Positions 1-13,023 of a stretch of 64,000 nucleotides of DNA are shown piece by piece (within the stretch, counting starts at the first letter, position 1; each line of letters opens with the position of its first letter). The notes under the pieces were generated by a model. It searched no databases. It saw nothing but the letters and a program-made list of their open reading frames with translations, and was not told the origin of the DNA. The stretch comes from Nemertoderma westbladi (lineage: Eukaryota; Animalia; Xenacoelomorpha), in assembly GCA_032718475.1 (NCBI GenBank), contig JAUCBJ010006781.1, positions 94,371 through 158,370 on the forward strand, written 5' to 3'. Both the position numbers and the translations under genes were made by a program.

Positions 1-3000
1 TCCCACAACCCTCTCCCACAACCCTCCCACAACCGTCTCCCGCAACCGTCTCCCACAACCGTCTCCCACAACCCTCTCCCACAACCCTCACCCACAACCC
101 TCTCCCTTAACCCTCTCCCACAACCCTCTCCCATAACCCTCTCCCACAACCCTCTACCACAACCCTCTCCCACAACCCTCTCCCACAACCGTCTCCCACA
201 ACCCTCTCCCACAACCCTCTCCCACAACTGTCTCCCACAACCCTCTCCCACAACCCTCTCCCACAACCCTCTCCCACAACCCTCTCCCGCAACCCTCTCC
301 CACAACCCTCTCCCACAACCCTCTCCCACAACCCTCCCACAACCCTCTCCCACAACCCTCTCCCACAACCCTCTCCCACAACCCTCTCCCATAACCGTCT
401 CCCACAACCGTCTCCCACAACCCTCTCCCACAACCATCTCCCACAACCCTCTCCCACAACCCTCTCCCACAACCCTCTCCCACAACCGTCTCCCACAACC
501 CTCTCCCACAACCCTCTCCCACAACCCTCTCCCACAACCCTCTCCCACAACACTCTCCCGCAACACTCTCCCACAACCCTCTCCCACAACCCTCTCCCAC
601 AACCCTCTCCCACAACCCTCCCACAACCGTCTCCCGCAACCGTCTCCCACAACCGTCTCCCACAACCCTCTCCCACAACCCACACCCACAACCCTCTCCC
701 ATAACCCTCTCCCACAACCCTCTCCCACAACCCTCTCACACAACCCTCTCCCACAACCCTCTCCCACAACCCTCTCCCACAACCGTCTCCCACAACCGTC
801 TCCCACAAACGTCTCCCACAACCCTCTCCCACAACGCTCTCCCACAACCCTCTCCCACAACCCTCTCCCACAACACTCTCCCACAACCGTCTCCCACAAC
901 CGTCTCCCGCAACCGTCTCCCACAACCCTCTCCCACAACCGTCTCCCACAACCCTCTCCCACAACCCTCTCCCACAACCGTCTCCCACAACAGTCTCCCA
1001 CAACCCTCTCCCACAACCCTCTCCCACAACCCTCTCCCACAACCATCTCCCACAACCCTCTCCCACAACCCTCTCCCACAACCCTCTCCCACAACCCTCC
1101 CACAACCGTCTCCCGCAACCGTCTCCCACAACCGTCTCCCACAACCCTCTCCCACAACTCTCACCCACAACCCTCTCCCTTAACCCTCTCCCACAACCCT
1201 CTCCCATAACCCTCTCCCACAACCCTCTACCACAACCCTCTCCCACAACCCTCTCCCACAACCGTCTCCCACAACCCTCTCCCACAACCCTCTCCCACAA
1301 CTGTCTCCCACAACCCTCTCCCACAACCCTCTCCCACAACCCTCTCCCACAACCCTCTCCCGCAACCCTCTCCCACAACCCTCTCCCACAACCCTCTCCC
1401 ACAACCCTCCCACAACCCTCTCCCACAACCCTCTCCCACAACCCTCTCCCACAACCCTCTCCCATAACCGTCTCCCACAACCGTCTCCCACAACCCTCTC
1501 CTACAACCATCTCCCACAACCCTCTCCCACAACCCTCTCCCACAACCCTCTCCCACAACCGTCTCCCACAACCCTCTCCCACAACCCTCTCCCACAACCC
1601 TCTCCCACAACCCTCTCCCACAACACTCTCCCGCAACACTCTCCCACAACCCTCTCCCACAACCCTCTCCCACAACCCTCTCCCACAACCCTCCCACAAC
1701 CGTCTCCCGCAACCGTCTCCCACAACCGTCTCCCACAACCCTCTCCCACAACCCACACCCACAACCCTCTCCCATAACCCTCTCCCACAACCCTCTCCCA
1801 CAACCCTCTCCCACAACACTCTCCCACAACCGTCTCCCACAACCCTCTCCCACAACCCGCTCCCACAACCGTCTCCCACAACAGTCTCCCACAACCCTCT
1901 CCCACAACCCTCTCCCACAACCCTCTCCCACAACCCTCTCCCGCAACCCTCTCCCACAACCCTCTCCCACAACTCTCTCCCACAACCCTCTCCCACAACT
2001 CTCCCACAACCATCTCCCGCAACCGTCTCCCACAACCCTCTCCCACAACCGTCTCCCACAACCCTCTCCCACAACCCTCTCCCACAACCGTCTCCCACAA
2101 CAGTCTCCCACAACCCTCTCCCACAACCCTCTCCCACAACCCTCTCCCACAACCCTCTCCCGCAACCCTCTCCCACAACCCTCTCCCACAACCCTCTCCC
2201 ACAACCCTCTCCCACAACCCTCCCACAACCGTCTCCCGCAACCGTCTCCCACAACCGTCTCCCACAACCCTCTCCCACAACCCTCACCCACAACCCTCTC
2301 CCTTAACCCTCTCCCACAACCCTCTCCCATAACCCTCTCCCACAACCCTCTACCACAACCCTCTCCCACAACCCTCTCCCACAACCGTCTCCCACAACCC
2401 TCTCCCACAACCCTCTCCCACAACCCTCTCCCACAACCCTCTCCCATAACCGTCTCGCACAACCGTCTCCCACAACCCTCTCCCACAACCCTCTCCCACA
2501 ACCCTCTCCCACAACCCTCTCCCACAATCCTCTCCCACAACCGTCTCCCACAACCCTCTCCCACAACCCTCTCCCACAACCCTCTCCCACAACCCTCTCC
2601 CGCAACACTCTCCCACAACCCTCTCCCACAACCCTCTCCCACAACCCTCTCCCACAACCCTCTCCCACAACCCTCCCACAACCGTCTCCCGCAACCGTCT
2701 CCCACAACCGTCTCCCACAACCCTCTCCCACAACCCTCACCCACAACCCTCTCCCATAACCCTCTCCCACAACCCTCTCCCACAACCCTCTCCCACAACC
2801 CTCTCCCACAACCGTCTCCCACAACCCTCTCCCACAACCCTCCCCCACAACCGTCTCCCACAACAGTCTCCCACAACCCTCTCCCACAACCTTCTCCCAC
2901 AACCCTCTCCCACAACTCTCTCCCACAACCCTCTCCCACAACTCTCCCACAACCATCTCCCGCAACCGTCTCCCACAACCCTCTCCCACAACCGTCTCCC

Positions 3001-4752
3001 ACAACCCTCTCCCACAACCCTCTCCCACAACCGTCTCCCACAACAGTCTCCCACAACCCTCTCCCACAACCCTCTCCCACAACCCTCTCCCACAACCCTC
3101 TCCCGCAACCCTCTCCCACAACCCTCTCCCACAACCCTCTCCCACAACCCTCTCCCACAACCCTCCCACAACCGTCTCCCGCAACCGTCTCCCACAACCG
3201 TCTCCCACAACCCTCTCCCACAACCCTCACCCACAACCCTCTCCCTTAACCCTCTCCCACAACCCTCTCCCATAACCCTCTCCCACAACCCTCTACCACA
3301 ACCCTCTCCCACAACCCTCTCCCACAACCGTCTCCCACAACCCTCTCCCACAACCCTCTCCCACAACCCTCTCCCACAACCCTCTCCCATAACCGTCTCG
3401 CACAACCGTCTCCCACAACCCTCTCCCACAACCCTCTCCCACAACCCTCTCCCACAACCCTCTCCCACAATCCTCTCCCACAACCGTCTCCCACAACCCT
3501 CTCCCACAACCCTCTCCCACAACCCTCTCCCACAACCCTCTCCCGCAACACTCTCCCACAACCCTCTCCCACAACCCTCTCCCACAACCCTCTCCCACAA
3601 CCCTCTCCCACAACCCTCCCACAACCGTCTCCCGCAACCGTCTCCCACAACCGTCTCCCACAACCCTCTCCCACAACCCTCACCCACAACCCTCTCCCAT
3701 AACCCTCTCCCACAACCCTCTCCCACAACCCTCTCCCACAACCCTCTCCCACAACCGTCTCCCACAACCCTCTCCCACAACCCTCCCCCACAACCGTCTC
3801 CCACAACAGTCTCCCACAACCCTCTCCCACAACCTTCTCCCACAACCCTCTCCCACAACCCTCTCCCGCAACCCTCTCCCACAACCCTCTCCCACAACCC
3901 TCTCCCACAACCCTCTCCCACAACCCTCCCACAACCGTCTCCCGCAACCGTCTCCCACAAGCCTCCCACAACCGTCTCCCGCAACCGTCTCCCACAACCG
4001 TCTCCCACAACCCTCTCCCACAACCCTCACCCACAACCCTCTCCCATAACCCTCTCCCACAACCCTCTCCCACAACCCTCTCCCACAACCCTCTCCCACA
4101 ACCGTCTCCCACAACCCTCTCCCACAACCCTCTCCCACAACCGTCTCCCACAACAGTCTCCCACAACCCTCTCCCACAACCCTCTCCCACAACCCTCTCC
4201 CACAACCCTCTCCCGCAACCCTCTCCCACAACCCTCTCCCACAACCCTCTCCCACAACCCTCTCCCACAACCCTCCCACAACCGTCTCCCGCAACCATCT
4301 CCCACAACCGTCTCCCACAACCCTATCCCACAACCCTCACCCACAACCCTCTCCCTTAACCCTCTCCCACAACCCTCTCCCATAACCCTCTCCCACAACC
4401 CTATACCACAACCCTCTCCCACAACCCTCTCCCACAACCGTCTCCCACAACCCTCTCCCACAACCCTCTCCCACAACCGTCTCCCACAACCCTCTCCCAC
4501 AACCCTCACCCACAACCCTTTCCCATAACCCTCTCCCACTACCCTCTCCCACAACCCTCTCCCACAACCCTCTCCCACAACCGTCTCCCACATCCCTCTC
4601 CCACAACCCTCTCCCACAACCCTCTCCCACAACCGTCTCCCACAACCCTCACCCACAACCCTCTCCCATAACCCTCTCCCACAACCCTCTCCCACAACCC
4701 TCTCCCACAACCCTCTCCCACAACCGTCTCCCACAACCCTCTCCCACAACCC
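1..4752. repeat. C-rich 13-bp minisatellite (CCCTCTCCCACAA)n with approximately 1-kb higher-order blocks; probably intronic to the SLC44 gene
   Basis: Continuous 13-bp unit with CCGT, CCGC and 11-bp variants; the rare TTAA variant recurs at 107, 1180, 2303, 3246 and 4356. Runs off the window start. Confidence 0.97.
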
Positions 4753-4825
4753 TATCCCTGCAATTCCGCTGTATTTTGAACGTCATTATCTATCTCTATC
4801 TATCGTAATCAACTTTATCTTCCCT

Positions 4826-5231
4826 TCACCTTACGTACACTTTATTACACTGTATTTTTAACTTTATTTTTTCCAGTTCTGCATGGACTCCTGCGTTCTC
4901 CTTACGTACACCTTATGCCATTTTATTTTCAACTTTATTTTCTCCAGCTCTGCATGGACTCCTGTGTTCTCCTTGCGTACACCTTATGCCATTGTATTTT
5001 CAACTTTATTTTCTCCAGCTCTGCATGGACTGTTGCGTTCTCCATACATACACTTTATTCCACTGTATTTTCAACTTTATTTTCTCCAGTTCTGCATGGA
5101 CTCCTGTGTTCTCCTTACGTACACTTTATGCCACTGTATTTTCAACTTTATTTTCTCCAGTTCTGCATGGACTCCTGTGTTCTCCTTACGTACACCTTAT
5201 GCCATTGTATTTTCAACTTTATTTTCTCCAG
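4826..5231 (+). repeat. 71-bp tandem array of the SLC44 splice acceptor
   Basis: Pyrimidine tract + CCAG ends at 4876, 4947, 5018, 5089, 5160 and 5231 (71-bp spacing); each upstream AG is followed by TTCTGCATGGACTCCTG-like sequence resembling the exon start GTCTGCGTAGACGCTTGC. Confidence 0.93.
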
Positions 5232-7103
5232 GTCTGCGTAGACGCTTGCCCAAAGGACTACTGGATTGCCCTAACAGACATTCTAATGCAAAAAGTTGTC
5301 GCAACTTCAACTGTATTCTACGCCCAGTACTGCACAGAAACATTGGCTGCGAAAATAAGCAATCTGGAAACGCTAGTAGCAGAAGGAAAGTGTCCCGCAT
5401 ATATACTAAACAGCGAGGCCGTTCTAGGGAGATGCATACCAACGCTAATTAAAGATATACTAACATCAGGAGTTTCAACGGTTTATGAATTAAATAATGC
5501 GGAAATGACGGTGAAGACGTATCTACAAGCTCCAGGTGGATTCGAGATTGTCATCCCAGCTGGAACCGGAGGTTTATTCGAAAATATCGATGTTAACACG
5601 ATTCAACAGGCAGGAACAGCCCTAACTACTTTATTAGACTTTGAAGACATAACTGCGAAAATATTCAAAGACTTCGGCTCTTGTTGGCCTTGGATAGTGG
5701 GTTTGCTCACAATGGGTATGATTTTCGCTTTATTCTGGGTTATCATAATGCGTTGGATCGCGGGTATAGTTGTGTGGATCCAGCTGATAGCGCTGCTGTT
5801 AGGTTTGGTGTTCGGGTTGTGGTACACGTGGGAGCAATACATAGCCGTATCAGCTAGCACTGTAAACGCAACAGCGTTCGCATTCTCGACAGACTTCTCT
5901 TACTACACAGGTCGAACGGAGTTCTGGCTAGCTTGCGCGATCACAGATGGTGTCATCCTTATCATTCTAATAATTTTACTTCTGTTTCTTTGCAAAAGAA
6001 TTCGACTCGGAATACAAATGATTAAAGAAGGAAGTAAGGCGATTTCCGCTATGATGTTAACCTTATTCTACCCCTTGTTTGGTTATCTTCTTATATTGAT
6101 AATTTTCGGAGGGTTTGGTGTAATAGCTGTCTATCTAGCTAGCAATGGAACACCGTACTATACTATAAGTTCCACCGACACAAACATAGCTGATACTACT
6201 TGCGATCCCGCGACATTCTCGCCGGCAAACACCGGAGATACATGTATGTTCAAGAACTACGGGGGTGATCCAAACATATTTCGTCTTCAAATCTACAATC
6301 TTTTCGCTTTGTTCTGGAATATGAATTTTGTAATGGCTTTCACTCAAGTTTCTTTAGCAGGCGCTTTCGCTTCTTGGTTCTGGGCTTTCGTTAAGCCAGA
6401 CGATGTCCCTCTATTCCCACTCCTTTACGCCCAAGGGAGGGCGTTAAGATATCATCTGGGATCCTTGGCATTCGGTAGTCTTATCATTGCGATTGTTCAA
6501 ATGATTCGAGTTATTCTAGAATACATTGAGTTCAAAGTTAAAGACAATGATAATATCATTGCGAAGTTCGTATTGAAATGTTTGAAATGTTGTTTTTGGT
6601 GTCTTGAAAAGATTATACGTTTTCTCACAAAGAACGCCTACATAATGATAGCAGTTCATGGAAAGAATTTCTGCCGTTCTGCTAAAGATGCGTTTTTTCT
6701 TCTTCTAAGAAATATAGTAAGAGTAGCGGTTCTCAACGGAATTACAGGGTTTCTATTGCTGATCGGGAAACTCGTTGTTACGGCAGCGATTGGAGTTCTA
6801 AGTTTCTTTTGTTTCAGCGGCCAGATTAAGATTCCGTATTACAAGGTCGGAGTTGTTCCTCTTAATTACTACTACGTTCCAATGATAGTTGTTATTATCG
6901 GAACCTACGTGATCGCCTCAATGTTCTTTAGTGTCTATGATATGGCGATAGATACGCTATTTCTATGTTTTTTGGAAGACATGGAGCGGAATGATGGAAG
7001 TCCTGAGAAACCGTATTTTATGTCGAAAAGTTTGATGAGCCTAGCAGGAAAGAAAAACAAAAAAGAAAAAAAGAAAAAAGAAAAGGAACAGAAAACTGAT
7101 TAA
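5232..7103 (+). CDS. Choline transporter-like protein (SLC44A2/4/5-like), last coding exon of about 623 codons; upstream exons lie outside the window
   Basis: Starts VCVDACP after TTTTCTCCAG; multi-TM protein with SLC44 motifs AGAFASWFW, RYHLGSLAFGSLIIAIVQ, KCCFWCLEK, KNAYIMIAVHGKNFC, DTLFLCFLED..RNDGS.EKPYFMS; TAA at 7101-7103. Confidence 0.96.
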   Translation, partial: VCVDACPKDYWIALTDILMQKVVATSTVFYAQYCTETLAAKISNLETLVAEGKCPAYILNSEAVLGRCIPTLIKDILTSGVSTVYELNNAEMTVKTYLQAPGGFEIVIPAGTGGLFENIDVNTIQQAGTALTTLLDFEDITAKIFKDFGSCWPWIVGLLTMGMIFALFWVIIMRWIAGIVVWIQLIALLLGLVFGLWYTWEQYIAVSASTVNATAFAFSTDFSYYTGRTEFWLACAITDGVILIILIILLLFLCKRIRLGIQMIKEGSKAISAMMLTLFYPLFGYLLILIIFGGFGVIAVYLASNGTPYYTISSTDTNIADTTCDPATFSPANTGDTCMFKNYGGDPNIFRLQIYNLFALFWNMNFVMAFTQVSLAGAFASWFWAFVKPDDVPLFPLLYAQGRALRYHLGSLAFGSLIIAIVQMIRVILEYIEFKVKDNDNIIAKFVLKCLKCCFWCLEKIIRFLTKNAYIMIAVHGKNFCRSAKDAFFLLLRNIVRVAVLNGITGFLLLIGKLVVTAAIGVLSFFCFSGQIKIPYYKVGVVPLNYYYVPMIVVIIGTYVIASMFFSVYDMAIDTLFLCFLEDMERNDGSPEKPYFMSKSLMSLAGKKNKKEKKKKEKEQKTD

Positions 7104-7344
7104 ACTTAACTGTACTTAAATGTGTTAGCTGTTCACCAAGTCTTATAATTAACCCTAATTACACTTAATTAATTAATAAATTACTGTAGGGCAATTGGTG
7201 GATGATGCATAATGGGGTGATACGTGGATTCTAGAATGGTTAATCAACCAATTAACTGTCGGAGATCAATAGCTACCTAACGTGGAACGATTATCGGGAT
7301 AACTTCACAATTTAAAAATTAATGACATAATTAATTGATGATAA

Positions 7345-8878
7345 ACAAAAGTAAACAATTACACAAGTGAACAAGTACATAAGTGAACTAGTAAAATAGT
7401 GAACAAGTAAACTAGTACACAAGTGAACAAGTACAAAAGTGAACTAGTGAACAAGTAAACTAGTACACAAGTGAACAAGTACATAAGGGAACTAGTAAAT
7501 AAGTGAACAATTAAACTAGTACCCAAGTGAACAAGTACATAAGTGAACTAGTAAACAAGTGAGCAAGTAAACTAGTACACACGTGAACAAGTACAAAAGT
7601 GAACTAGTAAACAAGTGAACAAGTAAACTAGTACACAAGTGAACAAGTACAAAAGTGAACTAGTAAACAAGTGAGCAAGTAAACTAGTACACAAGTGAAC
7701 AAGTACAAAAGTGAACTAGTAAACAAGTGAACAAGTAAACTAGTACACAAGTGAACAAGTACATAAGTGAACTAGTAAACAAGTGAACAAGTAAACTAGT
7801 ACACAAGTGAACAAGTACATAAGTGAACTAGTAAAATAGTGAACAATTAAACTAGTACACAAGTGAACAAGTACATAAGTGAACTAGTAAAATAGTGAAC
7901 AATTAAACTAGTACCCAAGTGTTAAAGTACATAAAGTGAACTAGTAAACAAGTGAACAAGTAAACTAGTACACAAGTGAACAAGTACATAAGTGAACTAG
8001 TAAACAAGTGAACAAGTAAACTAGTACACAAGTGAACAAGTACATAAGTGAACTAGTAAACAAGTGAACAAGTAAACTAGTACACAAGTGAACAAGTACA
8101 TAAGTGAACTAGTAAAAAAGTGAACAATTAAACTAGTACCCAAGTGAACAAGTACATAAAGTGAAATAGTAAAAAAGTGAACAATTAAACTAGTACCCAA
8201 GTGAACAAGTACATAAGTGAACTAGTAAATAAGTGAACAATTAAACTAGTACACAAGTGAACAAGTACATAAGTGAACTAGTAAAAATGTGAACATTTAA
8301 ACTAGTACACAAGTGAACAATTAAACTAGTACACAAGTGAACAATTAAACTAGTACACAAGTGAACAAGTACATAAGTGAACTAGTAAAAAATTGAACAA
8401 TTAAACTAGTACACAAGTGAACAAGTACATAAGTGAACTAGTAAAAAAGTGAACATTTAAACTAGTAAACAAGTGAACAAGTAAACTAGTTCACAAGTGA
8501 ACAAGTAAACTAGTTCACAAGTGAACAAGTACATAAGTGAACAAGTAAACTAGTACACAAGTGAACAAGTACACAAGTAAACTAGTAAAAAGGTGAACAT
8601 TTAAACTAGTACACAAGTGAACAAGTACATAAGTGAACTAGTAAAAAAGTGAACAATTAAACTAGTACACAAGTGAACAAGTACACTAGTTCACAAGTGA
8701 ACAAGTAAACTAGTACACAAGTGAACAAGTACATAAGTGAACAAGTAAACTAGTACACAAGTGAACAAGTACATAAGAGAACTAATAAAAAAGTGAACAA
8801 TTAAACTAGTACACAAATAAAACAAGTAAACTAGTACACAAGTGAACAACAAAAAAAGTACACAAGTGAAACAAGTAC
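7345..8878. repeat. AT-rich satellite of 8-bp subunits (AAGTGAAC/AAGTAAAC/TAGTACAC/AAGTACAT) organised as a 56-bp higher-order unit
   Basis: Seven-octamer unit AAGTGAAC AAGTAAAC TAGTACAC AAGTGAAC AAGTACAT AAGTGAAC TAGTAAAC repeated, starting about 240 bp after the SLC44 stop. Confidence 0.93.
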
Positions 8879-11662
8879 TATACATTACTGTAATTCGCGT
8901 TGGTAACCTGTTATGACGGATTTTTATACCAATTTACATGTAAATTGTATTATAATAATTGAATTATTAATATTATTACATTGAATGTTCCGCTATGGAT
9001 TTATACTTTAGCTCTATGCGTTGAAAATTATTCACTTTGTTCAATGAAACGCACCTCTATTGTTTATTTCAATATGACTGCCATAAACTGTGCCTCTAGA
9101 TATCTTACAGTATCTTATTCGAAAGAACGCTAGTTCCTAATATTTTTCGTAACACGAAAATTAATAATCTATAAATTTTTGTAAAAACTTTAACAAAAAT
9201 TATAATATATCTTATTTCGGAAAATTATATTTAATTTCACAGAGCCGACTAGCTTGTATATTAATCGCTGTTAGCCAAATCCACCACCTCCACTCGCTTT
9301 TCATTATTTATTCTAAATTTTCATTGCGTATTAATTAATTGGCGATGGTATGATCCTACTGTAATAATAATAATTAAATCCGTGAACTTGAACTACTTTG
9401 AACAGTATAGGCTCGTATAATGTGGCTCGCCACATATAATAACAGAGTTGTCCATGAAGTGTTTTATGTAACATGTTTGAATTTTACATGTCAAAGTACA
9501 ATTAGAAAGATAACATCCATGCAGAGCATTCTGTAATTAAATGATGTAGGCCTAACTAAATATTTCGCAAATATTTTTCATACAGAATGATTGACTTTAT
9601 TAAATTTTGCATGGCCCCATGTAGGATGGAAGGGAGGTAGCAATACCAGATTATTGAGATACTAAACATACAAATTAAGAATTTTTGTATTAACAACATT
9701 ACGAAAAAAATGAGCACCAATTTAATGAGGTTTACTATCTGCCAGGAATGAATCACCTTTAATTGCCACATCGATATATATTGCCTAGAATTCGTTACAA
9801 CAAACCGGCAGTCCATTAAACTGATGTTCTAATTGAATATTAACGGTAACCAGATTAACTTTATGATACGACCACGGAAACGAACTAAATTCCAGGAACG
9901 CTATACTAATTTCCAAAGATGTTGTCGCACCGAGCCCCTATTCACTTACAGACTTAATTACGAGTTACTACTGTAGCCCGCATACTATTAGATTTCTTGA
10001 TTTCATTCCATTTTAGGATTCTAACAAATAGCATTACATGAATTTTAGTCGCCCCTTTTACCCAATGGATATTCCTGTAGGTTACGAATCTGACTTCTTA
10101 GATTAAATTATGGGTGTCGCGTCACACGTGACACATTACAAGTAACGTAATTAATAATGAATGTTAGATTCTCATCGAAACTGGTTGGCATGGCGTACGT
10201 ATGTAATTTGACAGACTCTTTTTTGTCTTCAAAGACACCAGAGTGTTTATATAAAAACACACTGGGGATTTTTATAAAAATATTTATATGAAAAAAAAAA
10301 CAATTTTCGAAAGCGAGTAAAGAAAGGCGACCTCTCGCAAATTAGTGAATTTATTAATTCCATGAGTCAAAATGAAACTAAACTTGTAACCAGAAAGGTT
10401 AATAATCTACATGACTTAAAAAACAAACTAAACAATTAACTACCGAAATACATAATTATAATAAATATATATAAATAAATATATTATAATAAATATAATT
10501 TCGCGTTTTCTGTAATCCCCCCCCCCCCCCCCCCCCGCCCTATATACAAAAATTTTATGTGTACCAGATTGTCAACAAGATAACGAATCAGTAAACAAAA
10601 TTATTTTTCATCGACTTGTTTTTTATTAATTTTTCAAATAAACTTTTCAATGAATACGAATTGGCTAAGAATACGAATCCCATTGACGCACGTGAAATAA
10701 CATGGTGTGTTGACTTTTACTATGATATCGGCTCTGTAAAAACTGGTGTAAGTAGAAAAAGGTGTATTGTTCTATTTATTCTACTTGTTTTTTTAGATAC
10801 CTGATGCAAAATACAATTTGTTTACGCCGCCTGCACTAGGGTAGTATAGGGACTTCTACACCATCTCAGATTAATGGTTGTATTTAATGCAGTAACTTTC
10901 TGTTAGATTCTTAGCAGTGATTATACGCATGGTAAAAAACAATAATAAGATGCAGAAATAAGTTTTCTTCACTTTTCTTTAAACTTTTTCAGAATTATTT
11001 TTCAGAGATAAGTTTTGTTAATTTTGCTTTGCCACTACTTTTTGTCTCGCCATTACTATGTGTTATATAGCATTCTATATTGTAAAAAGGACACACTCAA
11101 TGGCCGTAATATGTGTTACTTTTCACCGAGACTTTACAACAGCTCTGACAAGTTGATGATATGTAACAAATATTAATAAAAACAATGAATTTTAATTAAA
11201 TTATATTTATTAAAATCATAAAATTCGATATAAACAAATAAATATTTCAAAACCCACATATACTACAATACAGACAAAGTATATATTATGCCTCCATACC
11301 TGTACACCTTTATAGTATTATGTGGTGTACAACATTGAAGTGGCTACTTTATATATAACAAGAAGGAACATTTAAGACAATGTTTGCTATTAACATTTTA
11401 TATAAGGCACCAAGTTTTGCATCACCGACAATATAATAATATCGAATTTACAATTCGTTACGCTTGCGTTACCAGCTTATAAATTCAAATAGGGAAGCAA
11501 AATAAATAAATAAATATACATTTATCGACTTACATATACAAGCACTGTTTCTATTTATACATAATATATGCAACTAAAACACCAACCAAATATTATTTAT
11601 GTCAAACAAAACGTTTTTCAGTAATTCTTTTTGGATTATTATCAATTTAGAATAAAACCACG

Positions 11663-11810
11663 TACTCGGTGTGGAGTCCCGAATAGACGGGGCGACACGG
11701 CAATGAATTTTTGAAATAAAATCCACCCACAATTCTCCTATTCCAGCCACCCCGACTATTAGCATAATGAAATTTTTCCACCCAACCCGTTTATTAGGGA
11801 CTCCAGAGTA
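11663..11810. mobile_element. Short MITE, Tc1/mariner-pogo-like
   Basis: TACTC..GGAGTCCCGAATAGACGGG at the left is the near reverse complement of CCCGTTTATTAGGGACTCCAGAGTA at the right; TA at both ends. Confidence 0.6.
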
Positions 11811-12878
11811 CATATATACTTGTAAAGTACTTTACAGTGTTATTATCCTCGTATCAGTACTAGCACTCACTCGCTATGTTCTTTCTTGTAACAAACAACT
11901 CGGATTAGAACATAGAAACTATAATTAAAGTGCTACTTTTTTCCCGGTATGTATATAGTTATCATGAATTTATTCCAAAATTGTAACATTACTCAACGCC
12001 GTTAATATTAACAACGAGTTTTGTTATTTAGCACTTTACAAGTACAGTAGTACTAGTTAGTCCATTACAACCGGTACATTTAGTGATATAATATTATGTT
12101 GTAATGTCCCAATAGAGCGACTTTACAGTGCACCCGTTCAATGTAAGTGAATCTTTGGGATCGCCATGGTTACCACATAAACAAAAGTTGGTATTTATTA
12201 TTAATTGCCTGACATGACAGCCAGATAGGTCTACTGCATTACCTACTGGTAGGCGGGGTATAGCTATTAATAACCAGTAGCTATAAACTATTAACATGGC
12301 TCCAAACGCCACCATAAATATAAGCTAACTTATTTATAACATAATTTATGTCATTTTTACATTTATTTATACAGCAACTAATATAATTTGTGCAGTTTCT
12401 ATCACTTATAATGTATATGTACAATAATTTCGTAATGTTAAAATTTTGGAATAAAACTACATACATACTTGTTGCAAAGTACTTTACAGTGTTCTGATCC
12501 TCGTGGCTTTATTTTCACTCACTCACTAACGTTCGTTCGTGTAACAAAGCCACTCGAATCATCACACTGTGAAGTGCTACTTTACACACAACTATGTAAA
12601 TAGTTTTTATTTACAAATATTTTTTTCGTACAATAAAACCCTTTAAATTAATTTTTCACAAAATTGGTATTATATATATATAAATCTTGAGTGAATAAAA
12701 ACCGTTAAATATGCAAATGGATTGTGAAACGAATTTTGCAGCAAAAATTAAGGAAAAAAGAACTGCCTTATTATTTATTAATTGCCACGAACATATTTAC
12801 AATATTAATTTAATTTATTTTTCTCTTTTCTATTTATTTATTTTTATACTAAATATTATTTATATCAATTTTGATTGA

Positions 12879-13023
12879 TTATTTGGTTGATATGTCTCCC
12901 CTGACCACATCCGTCGGTGCATTGTATTGTAACCATGACAACTGCATTCCTCTCTTGAACTGCTCGAAGAGAACAAACATACAAATATTCCAGGTCCCCA
13001 AACGCATAAACGACGGCATAAAC
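12879..13023 (-). CDS. Uncoupling protein (UCP2/3-like, SLC25), last coding exon
   Basis: TTTCCAG|G TTT ATG CCG; encodes (G)FMPSFMRLGTWNICMFVLFEQFKR...ISTK*, matching the UCP C-terminal helix; phase 2 agrees with the upstream exon. Confidence 0.92.

Noticed and set aside
107-4749. Long GEGCGRGLWERVV ORFs
   Set aside because: Stop-free translations of a 13-bp repeat in all three minus frames; no unique coding sequence.
1-4752. Telomeric repeat
   Set aside because: The unit is 13 bp, not TTAGGG or TTAGG, and it appears to sit inside a gene.
4883-5231. N-terminal extension of the 705-aa SLC44 ORF
   Set aside because: It is the intronic 71-bp array; family similarity starts at VCVDACP after the AG at 5231.
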